Positions 9,599-20,135 of a stretch of 64,000 bases of DNA are shown here, piece by piece (position 1 is the stretch's first letter; each line of letters opens with the position of its first letter). Below the pieces are notes generated by a model, which saw nothing but the letters and a program-made list of their open reading frames with translations, was not told where the DNA came from and did no database searches. The position numbers and the translations under genes were made by a program. The stretch lies in the NCBI GenBank assembly GCA_965232515.1, contig CBDDPY010000002.1:5216001-5280000 (forward strand). The letters run 5' to 3'. The stretch is from Alphaproteobacteria bacterium. GTDB taxonomy: Bacteria > Pseudomonadota > Alphaproteobacteria > GCA-2731375.

Positions 9599-10698
9599 CC
9601 GGCGGCCAGGCCCAGACGCGACTGACGCAGCAATTGCCGGCTGCGGAACAGCACCTGCTCCTTCCAGTCGTCGGTATCGGGGTAGTACTGCTTGCGGATC
9701 TGCGCCTTGATGCGCCTGGTTTCCGGATGGTCCCAGTCGTGCTTGCCGTATTCGTGCAACCAGTTGTCCTCGCGCAGTGATTTGCGGCCGGCTTCCATGT
9801 CGTAGGTGCCGTATTCCAGCGCCACGTAGGTCAGCTTGTCGCCCAACACGCGGTACCAGTTCTGCTCCGACAGGCCGACCTTCGGCACCGAAGACGAGGT
9901 GCCGAGGCTGGGCACGGTGACGGAATCGCCGAACCAGCGCAGCGAGCGCTCCAGGCCGACCGTGTCCGGCTCGTGGCCGCTGATCGGCTCGCCGTAGCCG
10001 AACGGCCCCAGGCCGGTGTGATAGTCGATCACGGCGACCGCATCGCGGGCAGTGAGATTGAAATCGGCGAAGATCGCCTCCAGCGTCCGGCGCGACCAGG
10101 TCGGTCCGCTGCCGCCATAAAACATGCCTTCGGGATTGGTGTACTGACCGCCGCCACGGGCGATCTGGAACGCATGCTCGCCATGCTCTTGTCGCCAGGC
10201 TGTCAGTTTGGCCTCGGCCGCCTCGAACACGGGGCCCGTGATGTCGCGCGGCACGAAGGCGTCGGCCAACTCGACATAGCCGGGGTTTTCCGGCGCCGGC
10301 TGATCGAAATCGATGTGATTGCGGTTCAGGTCGACGCCTTCCTCCGTCACCCGGCGCAGCCAGGCGAAGCCATAGGGATTGATGGCGTGGATCATCAGCG
10401 CCGCCATGCCGTCCGTGAGGCGCGCCGGCCCGCCGGCGGTCAGCCAGTCGATCTGCGCGCCAGAGCCACAGAAACCCTCGACGCCATGCGTCGCCGACAC
10501 GGTCGCCAGCACCAGTTTGGCGTCCGTCGGGCCGATCCAGGCGACATCCGTCGCCAGCTCCTCGCCCGCCGGCCCCTGGTTGGGGTTCACATAGGTCTTG
10601 ATCGTGCCGCCGGCCGCGTCGACGGCGGCGGCGAAACGCGTGCGCGCTTCGGTATAGTCGGCCGAAAAGCAGGCCGACAGCTCCATCCCATGGTCCAT
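9595..10698 (-). CDS. M14-like metallopeptidase / DUF2817 family protein
   Basis: SATHGVEGFCGS, HAINPYGFAWLRR...VDLNRN, IDYHTGLG zinc-binding motifs. Confidence 0.8.
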   Translation of the reverse strand: MDHGMELSACFSADYTEARTRFAAAVDAAGGTIKTYVNPNQGPAGEELATDVAWIGPTDAKLVLATVSATHGVEGFCGSGAQIDWLTAGGPARLTDGMAALMIHAINPYGFAWLRRVTEEGVDLNRNHIDFDQPAPENPGYVELADAFVPRDITGPVFEAAEAKLTAWRQEHGEHAFQIARGGGQYTNPEGMFYGGSGPTWSRRTLEAIFADFNLTARDAVAVIDYHTGLGPFGYGEPISGHEPDTVGLERSLRWFGDSVTVPSLGTSSSVPKVGLSEQNWYRVLGDKLTYVALEYGTYDMEAGRKSLREDNWLHEYGKHDWDHPETRRIKAQIRKQYYPDTDDWKEQVLFRSRQLLRQSRLGLAAG

Positions 10699-10799
10699 TT
10701 TTCTTTCCCGTAAATGACAGGCTGAGCCGCACACTATATTTTCGAGTGCGGGCGGCTTTCAAAGCCAATCGTCGGTTATTGCATTCGGGAGTGGCCGAT

Positions 10800-11513
10800 A
10801 TGGGCGCGGCGGACATCAAGGCCTGTCTATTCGACGTGTTCGGCACCGTGGTCGATTGGCGCGGCAGCATCACGCGCGAGGGCGAGGCGTTGGGCCGCGC
10901 CAAGGGCATCGAGGCGGACTGGGCCGCCTTCGCCGACGGTTGGCGCGGGCTCTACCAGCCAGCGATGGAGAAGGTGCGCAGCGGCGGCATGGATTGGGTC
11001 GCGCTCGACGTGCTGCACCGCATGAACCTGGACGAGATGCTGGCGAAACACGGCATCGACAATCTCACGGAAGACGAGATCGACCACTTCAACCGGGCCT
11101 GGCACCGGCTCGATCCGTGGCCGGATTCCGTCGTTGGCCTGACCCGGCTGAAAGCCAAGTTCATCATCGCCACGCTGTCGAACGGCAATATCGCGCTGAT
11201 GGTCAACATGGCGAAGCGCGCCGGCTTGCCCTGGGACATGGTGCTCGGCGCCGAGATCGCCCGGGCCTACAAGCCGCAACCGGAGGCCTATCTCCGCTCC
11301 TGCGCCGCGCTCGGCCTCGACCCCGGCCAATGCATGCTGGTCGCCGCGCACAACAGCGACCTGGTCGCCGCCGGCGATTGCGGCATGCGCACCGCCTTCG
11401 TCTCCCGTCCGACAGAATACGGCCCGCACCAGGACAGAGATTTCGAAGCCGAGCACGATTTCGACTATGTCGCGCGGGATTTCCTCGACCTGGCCGACCA
11501 GTTGGGGTGTTGA
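10800..11513 (+). CDS. Haloacid dehalogenase type II
   Basis: FDVFGTVVDW (motif I), TLSNGN, YKPQP, MLVAAHNSDL. Confidence 0.9.
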   Translation: MGAADIKACLFDVFGTVVDWRGSITREGEALGRAKGIEADWAAFADGWRGLYQPAMEKVRSGGMDWVALDVLHRMNLDEMLAKHGIDNLTEDEIDHFNRAWHRLDPWPDSVVGLTRLKAKFIIATLSNGNIALMVNMAKRAGLPWDMVLGAEIARAYKPQPEAYLRSCAALGLDPGQCMLVAAHNSDLVAAGDCGMRTAFVSRPTEYGPHQDRDFEAEHDFDYVARDFLDLADQLGC

Positions 11514-11524
11514 GGCGTATTCTG

Positions 11525-11613
11525 CTGGATGCCCGCGTCAAGCGCGGGCATGACGAGTAAGCTATTGAAATTATTGCGACACCGTCATTGCCGGGCTTGA
11601 CCCGGCAATCCAG
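11525..11613. repeat. Inverted pair of CGTC-tagged REP-like palindromes between convergent genes
   Basis: CTGGATGCCCGCGTCAAGCGCGGGCATGACG ... CGTCATTGCCGGGCTTGACCCGGCAATCCAG. Confidence 0.8.
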
Positions 11614-11649
11614 CCATAGATGCGACGGCGCAGATAACTCGGCGCTACG

Positions 11650-13992
11650 CTAACTGCACTTCGAATAGCCGCAGCTGATGCAGGTGTCGCAGTTCTCCTG
11701 CCGGATCAGGCTGGGCGAGCCGCATTTCGGGCAGCCGCGCAGGCGCGGCCGCTGGTCGTCGCCGGCACTGTCGCCGGCCGCGGCCGCGAGCGCCACGACG
11801 TCGCTCTCGGCGTCCCCGCTTTCGGCCTTCGGATCGGGGATGAAGCCGATGGCGATCATGTGCCGCTCGATAACCTCGCCGATCGCCGCCAGCAGCGACG
11901 GCACGTAGTGGCCGGAGACCCAGTGGCCGCCGCGCGGATCGAACACCGCCTTCAACTCGTCGACCACGAAGGAAACATCGCCGCCGCGCCGGAACACGGC
12001 CGAGATCATCCGCGTCAGCGCCACGGTCCAGGCGAAGTGCTCCATATTCTTGGAGTTGATGAACACCTCGAAGGGCCGCCGCCGGCCATCTTGAATCACG
12101 TCATTGACGGTGATGTACATGGCGTGGTCGCTTTCCGGCCACTTCACCTTGTAGGTGCTGCCGGGCAGCGCCTCCGGCCGGTCCAGCGGTCGGGTCATGT
12201 AGACGACACCGCCGGCCTCGAATTCATCCCGCGGTTTCGGCGGCGGCGCCTCGAACGGCAGTTCCGGTTCGCCCGCCTTGGCCGCGGCGTCGGCCGCGTC
12301 CTTCACCGACAGCACTGCGCCGGTCACATCGTTCGGCCGATAGGTCGTGCAGCCCTTGCAGCCGGTGTCGTAGGCCTGCATGTAGACGTCCTTGAAGGCC
12401 TCGAACGAGATGTCCTCGGGGCAGTTGATGGTCTTCGAGATCGAGCTGTCGATGTATTTCTGCACCGCCGCCTGCATGCGCACATGGTCCGCCGGCTGCA
12501 GGGTCTGGGCGTCGACGAAATAGTCCGGCAGCTGCGCCGCCTCGCCGAATTTCGCCCGGAACAGGCGGTAGGCGTAGTCGGTGACCGGCTCTTCCTGTCG
12601 GCTGCCGTCGGGCAGCGTGACGTAGCGGTTGTAGGTGAAGCTGAACACCGGCTCCAGGCCGCTGGAGACGTTGTCGGCGAACAGCGAGATCGTACCGGTC
12701 GGCGCCACCGAAGTGATCAGCGCGTTGCGCACGCCATGTTTGCGGATGGCGGCGCGCACATCGTCGTCCAAGCCGGCCACCGTCTCGCCGGCGAGAAACT
12801 TCTCGGCGTCATAGAGCGGGAAGGCGCCTTTTTCGGCGGCAAGGTCGGCGCTGGCGAGATAGGCCGCGCGCTGCAGCGCCTTCAGCCAGCTCTCGGTCAG
12901 CGCGATGGCCCGTTCGGCGCCGTAGCGCGCCTTGCAGAAGATCAGCGCGTCGGCGAGCCCGGTGACGCCGAGCCCGATGCGCCGCTTGGCCAAGGCCTCA
13001 TGCTGCTGCTGCGGCAGCGGAAAGCGCGACACGTCGGTCACGTTGTCCATCATCCGCACGGCCGTGCGCACCAGCTCGTCCAGCGCCGTGAGGTCCACAT
13101 GCGGATCCTCGCCGAACGGATCCACCACCAGCCGCGCCAGATTCACCGACCCCAGCAGACAGGCGCCATAGGGCGGCAATGGCTGTTCGCCGCAAGGATT
13201 GGTTGAATGAATTTCTTCGCAATAATGGAGATTGTTGCGGCGGTTGATGCGGTCGATGAAGATCACGCCGGGCTCGGCATAGGCGTAGGTCGCCTGCATG
13301 ATCCGGTCCCACAGCGCGCGGGCCCGCACGGTCTTGTAGACCCGGCCATCGAAGACCAGGTCCCAGGCGTCGTCGGCCTTGACCGCGGCCATGAATGGAT
13401 CGGTCGCCAGCACCGACAGGTTGAACATGCGTAAGCGCCCCGGCTCCTGCTTCGAGTCGATGAACGCCTCGATGTCCGGATGGTCGCAGCGCATGGTCGC
13501 CATCATGGCGCCGCGGCGGTGGCCGGCGCTCATGATCGTGCGGCACATGGCGTCCCAGACGTCCATGAAGGTGAGCGGGCCCGAGGCGTCGGCGCCGACG
13601 CCCTTCACCGGCGCGCCCTTAGGCCTGAGCGTCGAGAAGTCGTAGCCGATGCCGCCGCCCTGCTGCATGGTCAGCGCGGCCTCTTTCAAATGCTCGAAGA
13701 TGCCGCCCATGTCGTCCGGGATCGTGCCCATGACGAAGCAGTTGAACAGCGTCACGTTCCGGTCCGTGCCGGCGCCGGCGACGATGCGCCCGGCGGGCAG
13801 GAACTTGAAATCCTGCAACGCCGTCTGAAACCGGGGCGCCCATGCGTCCGGCTCGGTCTCGACCGCGGCCAGCGCCTTGGCGATCCGCGCCCAGGTCTCG
13901 TCGATCGTGTTGTCGACCGGCGTCCCGTCCGGCGTTTTCAGCCGGTACTTCATGTCCCAGATCTGCTGCGAAATCGGTGCGACGGTGGACAT
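11650..13992 (-). CDS. nrdJ: Adenosylcobalamin-dependent (class II) ribonucleotide reductase
   Basis: FLPAGR, TLFNCFV, TNPCGEQPL (thiyl Cys), SVAPTGTIS, CKGCTTYR, C-terminal zinc ribbon CPKC...CDTCISCGYSKC. Confidence 0.96.
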   Translation of the reverse strand: MSTVAPISQQIWDMKYRLKTPDGTPVDNTIDETWARIAKALAAVETEPDAWAPRFQTALQDFKFLPAGRIVAGAGTDRNVTLFNCFVMGTIPDDMGGIFEHLKEAALTMQQGGGIGYDFSTLRPKGAPVKGVGADASGPLTFMDVWDAMCRTIMSAGHRRGAMMATMRCDHPDIEAFIDSKQEPGRLRMFNLSVLATDPFMAAVKADDAWDLVFDGRVYKTVRARALWDRIMQATYAYAEPGVIFIDRINRRNNLHYCEEIHSTNPCGEQPLPPYGACLLGSVNLARLVVDPFGEDPHVDLTALDELVRTAVRMMDNVTDVSRFPLPQQQHEALAKRRIGLGVTGLADALIFCKARYGAERAIALTESWLKALQRAAYLASADLAAEKGAFPLYDAEKFLAGETVAGLDDDVRAAIRKHGVRNALITSVAPTGTISLFADNVSSGLEPVFSFTYNRYVTLPDGSRQEEPVTDYAYRLFRAKFGEAAQLPDYFVDAQTLQPADHVRMQAAVQKYIDSSISKTINCPEDISFEAFKDVYMQAYDTGCKGCTTYRPNDVTGAVLSVKDAADAAAKAGEPELPFEAPPPKPRDEFEAGGVVYMTRPLDRPEALPGSTYKVKWPESDHAMYITVNDVIQDGRRRPFEVFINSKNMEHFAWTVALTRMISAVFRRGGDVSFVVDELKAVFDPRGGHWVSGHYVPSLLAAIGEVIERHMIAIGFIPDPKAESGDAESDVVALAAAAGDSAGDDQRPRLRGCPKCGSPSLIRQENCDTCISCGYSKCS

Positions 13993-14107
13993 GTCGAAGA
14001 CTACCGTGGTTCAGGTTGCGGCGGCCGGATTGTAATGCCGGCAGGCGCTGACGGAAACAAACGATGTCCGCGCTCGAAGGTGATATGAATTTCGATCATA
14101 CATCGAT

Positions 14108-14122
14108 GTTCTTGTTTTGTAC
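14108..14122. promoter_or_regulatory. Candidate alphaproteobacterial LexA (SOS) box upstream of nrdJ
   Basis: GTTC-TTGTTTT-GTAC; one mismatch to GTTC-N7-GTTC. Confidence 0.45.
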
Positions 14123-14284
14123 ATATGCGCCTGTTCGTGTTATCGACCGGACGAGATCATTTGTGCCCGTGATTCCCGATATCAACAGCCCTGCCATCTG
14201 GTTTGCGCGTACAGTCGGCCGTTATCCAACAACAATCCACAGGATGTGCAGCAATCGGTTCGCCGGCGGGCCGGTGATTAGGGC

Positions 14285-15034
14285 CTAAAACCCACCACCG
14301 ACCGGCAGAATAGCCCCCGTGAGATAGTCCGGCGCGTCGCAGATCAGCCAGACAATGCTCTGGGCGATCTCGTCGGCGGTGCCGGCGCGCTTGACCGGGA
14401 TCCGTTCGGCCAGCGCCGCGACCCGGTCCGGTGCGCCCGCCCGGGCATGGATTTCGGTGTCGACCAGGCCCGGCGCCAGCGCGTTCACGCGGATGCCCTC
14501 GTCTGCCACTTCCAGCGCCAGGCCCTTGGTGAAGGTGTCGATGGCGGCCTTCGAGGCGGCATAGTCGACCCAGTCGTTCGGGCTGCCGCGACCAGCGGCG
14601 GTCGACGAGACGTTGACGATGCGGCCGCCGGCGCCGCCACGCGCGGTCGACATGCGGCGCACGGCCTCGCGGGCGCAAAGGAACGGCCCCGCGACATTGA
14701 CCCGCAGCACCCGGTCCAGGATGTCGGCGTCCTGATCCACCACCCGGCGGCCGTTCGGGCCGGTATAGCCGGCATTGTTGACAAGCGCCGTTATGGACCC
14801 GAGGTCGCGGTCGACGGTCTCGAACAGGGCGACGATGTCGGCCTCGCGCGCCATGTCGGCCTGCGCGGCGATGGCCCGGCCGCCCGATCCCTCGATCTCG
14901 GCGACGATCGCGGCCGCTTCGGCGGCGCTGTCGCGGTGATTGACACAGACGGCATGGCCGCGGGCGGCCAGCAATCGGGCCGTCGCAGCGCCAATGCCAC
15001 GGCTGGCGCCGGTGATGAGTGCGATCCCGGTCAT
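14285..15034 (-). CDS. Short-chain dehydrogenase/reductase
   Basis: MTGIALITGASRGIG, LVNNAG, NVSS, YAASK; start at 15034. Confidence 0.92.
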   Translation of the reverse strand: MTGIALITGASRGIGAATARLLAARGHAVCVNHRDSAAEAAAIVAEIEGSGGRAIAAQADMAREADIVALFETVDRDLGSITALVNNAGYTGPNGRRVVDQDADILDRVLRVNVAGPFLCAREAVRRMSTARGGAGGRIVNVSSTAAGRGSPNDWVDYAASKAAIDTFTKGLALEVADEGIRVNALAPGLVDTEIHARAGAPDRVAALAERIPVKRAGTADEIAQSIVWLICDAPDYLTGAILPVGGGF

Positions 15035-15795
15035 GCGGTCTCCTCTCGCGCCTGGGCGACGGCGGTCGCGGCCTGCGCTTCCGCCTCCAGCCGCGCCGTA
15101 CCGCCTTCGATGCGCTCGGTCAACATGGCCATGAAGCCGCGCCGGTCGAGGCCGGGCGGGATCGGTTCCTGATATTCCAGTACGATTGTGCCCGGCTGCT
15201 TCAGGAAGCTGCGCCGGGCCCAGAACAGACCGGAATTCAGCGACACCGGCACCACCGGTATGTCGAGCGCGCGATAAAGCGCGGCGACGCCCGGCTGATA
15301 GGGCGTCGCCTCGACCGGCGCGCCGGGCGCGGTCCGCGTGCCCTGCGGGAAGATCACGATCGGCCGGCCGGCGGCGATCTCGGCCCGGGCGTCGGCGACC
15401 ATGGCCTTCAGGGCCGACGGTCCGCCGGCACGGTCGACGGCGATCATCCGGCTCTTGCGGCACATCTGGCCGTAAATCGGGATCGACAGCAGCTCCTTCT
15501 TCAGCACGATGGCCGGATCGTCCAGCTCGGTGTGCCAGATCAGCGTGTCCCAGGCGGACTGGTGCTTGGCCGCGGCGATGAACGGCCCGGCCGGCAGCCG
15601 GTCCCTGCCGCGGATTTCGACCCGGATGCCGACGATTGTCCGCAACAGCGCGTTGACGTGGTTGGTCCAGCGGCGCTGGCCGCCGACCAGAATATGCCGT
15701 GGCATGAACAGCGACGGCGCGTAATAGAGCACCAGCACCGCCGACCATACGAAGAACGCCGTATTGAACGCCAGTGCGCGGACTTTGGTCCACAT
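15031..15795 (-). CDS. plsC: 1-acyl-sn-glycerol-3-phosphate acyltransferase (PlsC family)
   Basis: AKHQSAWDT (HX4D), IFPQGTR, PVVPV; start MWTKVRAL. Confidence 0.88.
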   Translation of the reverse strand: MWTKVRALAFNTAFFVWSAVLVLYYAPSLFMPRHILVGGQRRWTNHVNALLRTIVGIRVEIRGRDRLPAGPFIAAAKHQSAWDTLIWHTELDDPAIVLKKELLSIPIYGQMCRKSRMIAVDRAGGPSALKAMVADARAEIAAGRPIVIFPQGTRTAPGAPVEATPYQPGVAALYRALDIPVVPVSLNSGLFWARRSFLKQPGTIVLEYQEPIPPGLDRRGFMAMLTERIEGGTARLEAEAQAATAVAQAREETA

Positions 15796-15809
15796 GCCGG
15801 GCGGGCCGG

Positions 15810-16466
15810 TCACGTGGTGCCGTTGGCGGCGAGACCGGGGCCGGCCTGAACCCGCAGCAGGCTGACCAGATACTTGTTGAACTCGACGGCCAACAGCTTC
15901 GCCGTGCCGGGCCACAGCCACCAGCGCGCTTGCTTCACATGGGCCGGGAACACCGGATTGGCGACCAGTTCGACGTCGGGCATGTAGTGGCGGAACAGCA
16001 GCAGGCTGCGCGGCATATGATAGCTGGCCGTGACCACCCGCAACGAGCGGTAGCCGCCGCTCTTGACCCACATGGCGGTCTCGACGGCGTTGCCCACGGT
16101 GTCGACGGCCTCGTGACCGAGATCGACGCAACAGGCGAAGCGCTCCGGCGTCGTCGGGCTTTGCGCGCGCAAGGCCTCGGCCGTGGTCGCCCGGTCGACG
16201 CCAGATATCAACAGTCGCTTGGCGCGGTCCTGCACCAGCAGCGCCAGGCCCACGTCCAGCCGCTCGGCGCCGCCGGTCAGCACGACGATGGCGTCGGTGA
16301 TGCCGTCGGGATCGTCCACTGCCTGCGGCAGGCTGTTGGCGAAATAGATCAACCCGCCCAGCCAGATGCAGACGAGGCCGCCGATCAGCCACAACAGCGA
16401 CGGCAGAATCGGCCGCCGCATGGCGGCCTCTGATTTGCGCAGCTTGGCTTCCTTGTAGTCGTTCAT
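15810..16466 (-). CDS. YdcF/DUF218 family protein
   Basis: DAIVVLTGGAERL, LLISGV, DTVGNA, VTASYHMPRS; start may be 16421. Confidence 0.87.
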   Translation of the reverse strand: MNDYKEAKLRKSEAAMRRPILPSLLWLIGGLVCIWLGGLIYFANSLPQAVDDPDGITDAIVVLTGGAERLDVGLALLVQDRAKRLLISGVDRATTAEALRAQSPTTPERFACCVDLGHEAVDTVGNAVETAMWVKSGGYRSLRVVTASYHMPRSLLLFRHYMPDVELVANPVFPAHVKQARWWLWPGTAKLLAVEFNKYLVSLLRVQAGPGLAANGTT

Positions 16467-16528
16467 CTCAACCTCACGCCGCGGTCAGGCGTCCGGTCGG
16501 ACACAATTCTCGCCGTCATGGTGCGGTC

Positions 16529-17404
16529 CTACGGCATCCGCGACAGGGCCCGCAACACCGTCGTGCGCGCAGTGACCAATGCGATCAGCGCGGCCGACGC
16601 CGGGATCAGCAACAAGAGCGCCGCCTGCAAGGGTGGCAGCAGCAGTTCCGGCAGGACCAGCATGCCGAGATCGTTGGCGGCGTAGCCGAGCGGCAGCAGG
16701 GTCAACGCGGCCAAGACCAACCCCACCAGACCGCCGCGCAGCCCCATGGCCAGCGCGTGATTCTGGAAATGCCGGGCAATATAGGCGTCGCGGGCGCCGA
16801 TCAGATGCAACACCTCGATCACATCGTGATGCGCGGCGAAAGCGGCGCGGGTGGCGAACACGATCACGCAGATCATGGCGAGGCCGATCAGCAGCACGAT
16901 ACCGGCGGCCAGCAGCTGCAGGCTGCGCGCGAGATGCACCAGCCGGTCGAGCCAGGCCGTGTGATTGTCGATGCGGGCGCCCGGCACGCGCTCGGCCAGC
17001 CGTTCGGCCAGCCGGTCGATGTCGAGGCCTTGCGCGCTGTCCAACTGCACGTCGATCAGGCGCGGCACCGGCAGATCGTCGATCAAGTTGTTCTGGCCCA
17101 GCCATGGCTCCAGCAACAGCGCGATCTCGTCGCGCGCCAGCGGCCGGGCGTCCCGCACGCCGGCGGTCGCGCGCAGCAGCCCGACGGCGTCCTCGACGCG
17201 GGCGCTCATGTCGGCGTCCGGATCGGCGGCGATCTCGACGGTCAGCGTGCCGGTCAGCGATGTGTTCCAGCCGCGGATCGCCGTGTCGGTCGCCAGCGCG
17301 CCCGCCATCATCAACGTCGCCAGGAAGGTCATGACCGCGATCACCCAGGGCAGGAAACGGCCGGCGCCTTCGCTGTCGGGAACCAGGACGGGCTGCTTCG
17401 CCAT
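16529..17404 (-). CDS. ftsX: Cell division ABC permease FtsX
   Basis: FLPWVIAVM TM, LLEPWLG...LPVPRLI, IEVLHLIGARDAYIA; follows ftsE. Confidence 0.9.
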   Translation of the reverse strand: MAKQPVLVPDSEGAGRFLPWVIAVMTFLATLMMAGALATDTAIRGWNTSLTGTLTVEIAADPDADMSARVEDAVGLLRATAGVRDARPLARDEIALLLEPWLGQNNLIDDLPVPRLIDVQLDSAQGLDIDRLAERLAERVPGARIDNHTAWLDRLVHLARSLQLLAAGIVLLIGLAMICVIVFATRAAFAAHHDVIEVLHLIGARDAYIARHFQNHALAMGLRGGLVGLVLAALTLLPLGYAANDLGMLVLPELLLPPLQAALLLLIPASAALIALVTARTTVLRALSRMP

Positions 17405-17407
17405 TTC

Positions 17408-18085
17408 TCAGCCCACCCGGCTGACGCCGCTGACGTCGCTCAACTCGCCGTTCTCGATCACCAGCCGCGGATGCTGGAAGCGGTTGACTAGCGACTTGTT
17501 GTGTGTCGCCACCACGACCGTGGTGCCGGTTTTGTGCAATTCCTCGAACAGGCGCACCAGTCGATAGCCGACATGGTCATCGACATTGCCGGTGGGCTCG
17601 TCGGCCAACAGCAGGTTGGGCTTGCTGATCACTGCGCGGGCGATGGCGACGCGTTGCTGCTCGCCGCCGGACAGCGTCGTCGGCCGGGCCTGCAGTTTCT
17701 CGCCCAGCCCAACCCATTCCAGCAGCTCGACCGCGTTGTCGCGCACCCGCGGTCCGTCATCGCCGGCGATTCGCATCGGCAATGCGACATTGTCCAGCAC
17801 GCTCAAGTGATTCAGCAGGCGGAAGTCTTGAAACACGATGCCGATCTGCCGCCGCAGCGCCGGCAGATCGGCGCGCGTCATTGTCGACACGTCATGGCCC
17901 AGCAGCGTGACCAAACCGCGCGACGGCCGTTGCGCCAGATAGAGCAGCTTCAGCAGCGACGACTTGCCGGCGCCGCTCGGACCGGTCAGGAAGCTGAAGG
18001 TGCCAGCATTGAGCGTAAAGCTGATATCGCGCAACACTTCCGGGCCGCGGCCGTAGCGCATGCCGACATTCTCGAATCGGACCAC
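17408..18085 (-). CDS. ftsE: Cell division ATP-binding protein FtsE
   Basis: GTG start [11 protein letters not shown]; [33 protein letters not shown]. Confidence 0.94.
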   Translation of the reverse strand: MVRFENVGMRYGRGPEVLRDISFTLNAGTFSFLTGPSGAGKSSLLKLLYLAQRPSRGLVTLLGHDVSTMTRADLPALRRQIGIVFQDFRLLNHLSVLDNVALPMRIAGDDGPRVRDNAVELLEWVGLGEKLQARPTTLSGGEQQRVAIARAVISKPNLLLADEPTGNVDDHVGYRLVRLFEELHKTGTTVVVATHNKSLVNRFQHPRLVIENGELSDVSGVSRVG

Positions 18086-18304
18086 CGAGATTGAGATCCT
18101 CCAACTGCGGCGGCGCGAGCATGCCATGGCCCGGCGCCGTCAGTCCAGCAACACGGAACCACACGATCTTGCCGAAAGGTAAACAAACGCCTACAACTCG
18201 GCGAAGATGCAAGCCAAAACAGGATCATCAACGGGGTCGGCGTGTGAAGGGCGGATGAGTGGGGATACCTTCGTGAGACAACCCGCTGGGCCGACGCGCA
18301 TGGC

Positions 18305-19156
18305 ATGATCCTGACTTGTCCTTCCTGTGCCACCCGGTACATGGTCGACGCGACAGCGTTGGGCGACGGTGGTCGGACCGTGAAATGCGTGCGCTGCGGT
18401 CACCGATGGCATCAGACACCGGTCGACGAAGAGGTGCCGGCGGCCGAGGTCGCGTCAGCTGTGGCCGAACCCGCGCCGGAACCGGAACCCGCGGCCGAAG
18501 CCGAACCGGAATCGGGCGTCGACTCCGAGCCCGACGCGTCGGCCATGGCCGCCGCGATGACCGAGGCCATGGAGACGGCCGATGCGGCGTCCGAACCCGC
18601 CGAATCTACGCCCGAACCCGCCGCACCGGCCGAATCGGTGCCGGAAACGCCTGCGGATCCGCCGGCAGCGCCACCGCCGCCGTCTGTCGCGGCCAGTGCG
18701 ACAGGCGGTGGCCGCTGGCTGTGGGTCGGCTGGGTGATGCTTGTGGTTTTCGTGGCCGGTATCGTCGGCGGCGTCGTAATGTTCCGCGAACCGTTGGTCG
18801 CGTTCTGGCCGCCGGCATCGCAGCTCTACGAGATCGTCAAGCTGCCCGAGGAACCGCCGCCGCCGGAGGAGTTCGCGCTCGATATCGGCAATGTCACGTT
18901 CGAGCGCGCGCGCGAGGGCGGTCAGCCCGTATTGCTGGTCGGTGGCGAGATATCGAACACCAGCGAGATCGCGCAGGAGGTGCCGCGCCTGCGCGTGGCG
19001 CTCAGCGACGAGGCGGGCGAGGAAATCTTCCATTGGACCGTGACGTTGGCGGCCAGCGAGCTTGCCGCCGGCCAGCAGGTGCCGTTCAATACGCGCCTGC
19101 CGAATCCGCCGGCGAATGCCCGCAGCCTTGCCGTCACGTTCATTGTCGAACCCTAG
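18305..19156 (+). CDS. MJ0042-type zinc-ribbon / DUF3426 membrane protein (ZitP-like)
   Basis: MILTCPSCATRY...VKCVRCGHRW, acidic Pro-rich linker, one TM, periplasmic domain; divergent from ftsE. Confidence 0.85.
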   Translation: MILTCPSCATRYMVDATALGDGGRTVKCVRCGHRWHQTPVDEEVPAAEVASAVAEPAPEPEPAAEAEPESGVDSEPDASAMAAAMTEAMETADAASEPAESTPEPAAPAESVPETPADPPAAPPPPSVAASATGGGRWLWVGWVMLVVFVAGIVGGVVMFREPLVAFWPPASQLYEIVKLPEEPPPPEEFALDIGNVTFERAREGGQPVLLVGGEISNTSEIAQEVPRLRVALSDEAGEEIFHWTVTLAASELAAGQQVPFNTRLPNPPANARSLAVTFIVEP

Positions 19157-19202
19157 GGCGCGGTCGCATGCCGGTCCGCGCGCAAAAACGTTGAGGTAGG
19201 TT

Positions 19203-19751
19203 GTGAGCAGGCCGGAAGCGCAGGTCGAGATCCTTTATTCCGCCGGCGAGATCGACGCACGGGTCACCGCGTTGGCCGAGGAGATCGCCGAATCGCTCGG
19301 CGACGACCTGATGATTATCGCGGTGCTCAAGGGCAGCTTCGTGTTCGCCGCCGATCTGCTGCGGGCGCTGCACCATACCGGCGCGCACCCGCAGGTCGAC
19401 TTCATGTCGCTGTCGAGCTACGGCAAGGGCATGAAAAGCAGCGGCACGGTCACTGTCCTGCGCGACATCACCGACGACGTTGCCGGCCGCAACGTCCTGC
19501 TCGTCGACGATATCCTCGAATCCGGCCGGACGCTCGCGTTCGCCCGCGACCTGATCCGCGACCGCGGCGCCGCCCGGGTCGAGATCTGCGTGCTGCTGGA
19601 GAAGCCGGGCAAGCGCAAGGCCGAGGTCACCGCCGATCATATCGGCTTCGAAACGCCCGATCTGTTCGTGGTCGGCTATGGCCTGGACTATGCCAACTTC
19701 TATCGCGAACTGCCGTATATCGGCGTCGTCCAGAATGGCAACGCGGACTGA
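19203..19751 (+). CDS. hpt: Hypoxanthine phosphoribosyltransferase
   Basis: VLKGSFVFAADL, VLLVDDILESGRTL PRPP motif, FVVGYGLD. Confidence 0.95.
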   Translation: MSRPEAQVEILYSAGEIDARVTALAEEIAESLGDDLMIIAVLKGSFVFAADLLRALHHTGAHPQVDFMSLSSYGKGMKSSGTVTVLRDITDDVAGRNVLLVDDILESGRTLAFARDLIRDRGAARVEICVLLEKPGKRKAEVTADHIGFETPDLFVVGYGLDYANFYRELPYIGVVQNGNAD

Positions 19752-19759
19752 GGCTCGGC

Positions 19760-20134
19760 ATGGCGCGCATTCTGGTCGCCGACGACGAGGAATCGGTCCG
19801 CAGCTTCGTCACCCGCGCGCTCGAGGCGCACGGCCATGAGGCCGAGGGTGTTGCCGACGGCGCCCAGGCGCTGGAGGCGCTGGCGCGGGAACGCTTCGAT
19901 CTGCTGCTGACCGATATCGTCATGCCGATCATGGACGGCATCGCGCTGGCGCTGAAAGCGGCGCGCGACTATCCGGATCTGCGCATCCTGATGATGACCG
20001 GCTTCGCCGAGCAGAAAAAGCGCGCCTACAACCTCGACACGCTGATCCATGACGTGATCTCGAAGCCGTTCAACCTGGAACAGATCGTCGCCGCCGTCGA
20101 TGCGGCGCTGGCAGCCGAAAAATCGCGTGATTGA
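19760..20134 (+). CDS. Single-domain response regulator (CpdR-like)
   Basis: MARILVADDE, LLTDIVMPIMDGI, MMTGFA, ISKPF. Confidence 0.85.
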   Translation: MARILVADDEESVRSFVTRALEAHGHEAEGVADGAQALEALARERFDLLLTDIVMPIMDGIALALKAARDYPDLRILMMTGFAEQKKRAYNLDTLIHDVISKPFNLEQIVAAVDAALAAEKSRD

Positions 20135-20135
20135 C

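Noticed and set aside
14236-14250. NrdR box upstream of nrdJ (CCACAGGATGTG)
   Set aside because: Single weak match about 245 bp upstream with no tandem partner
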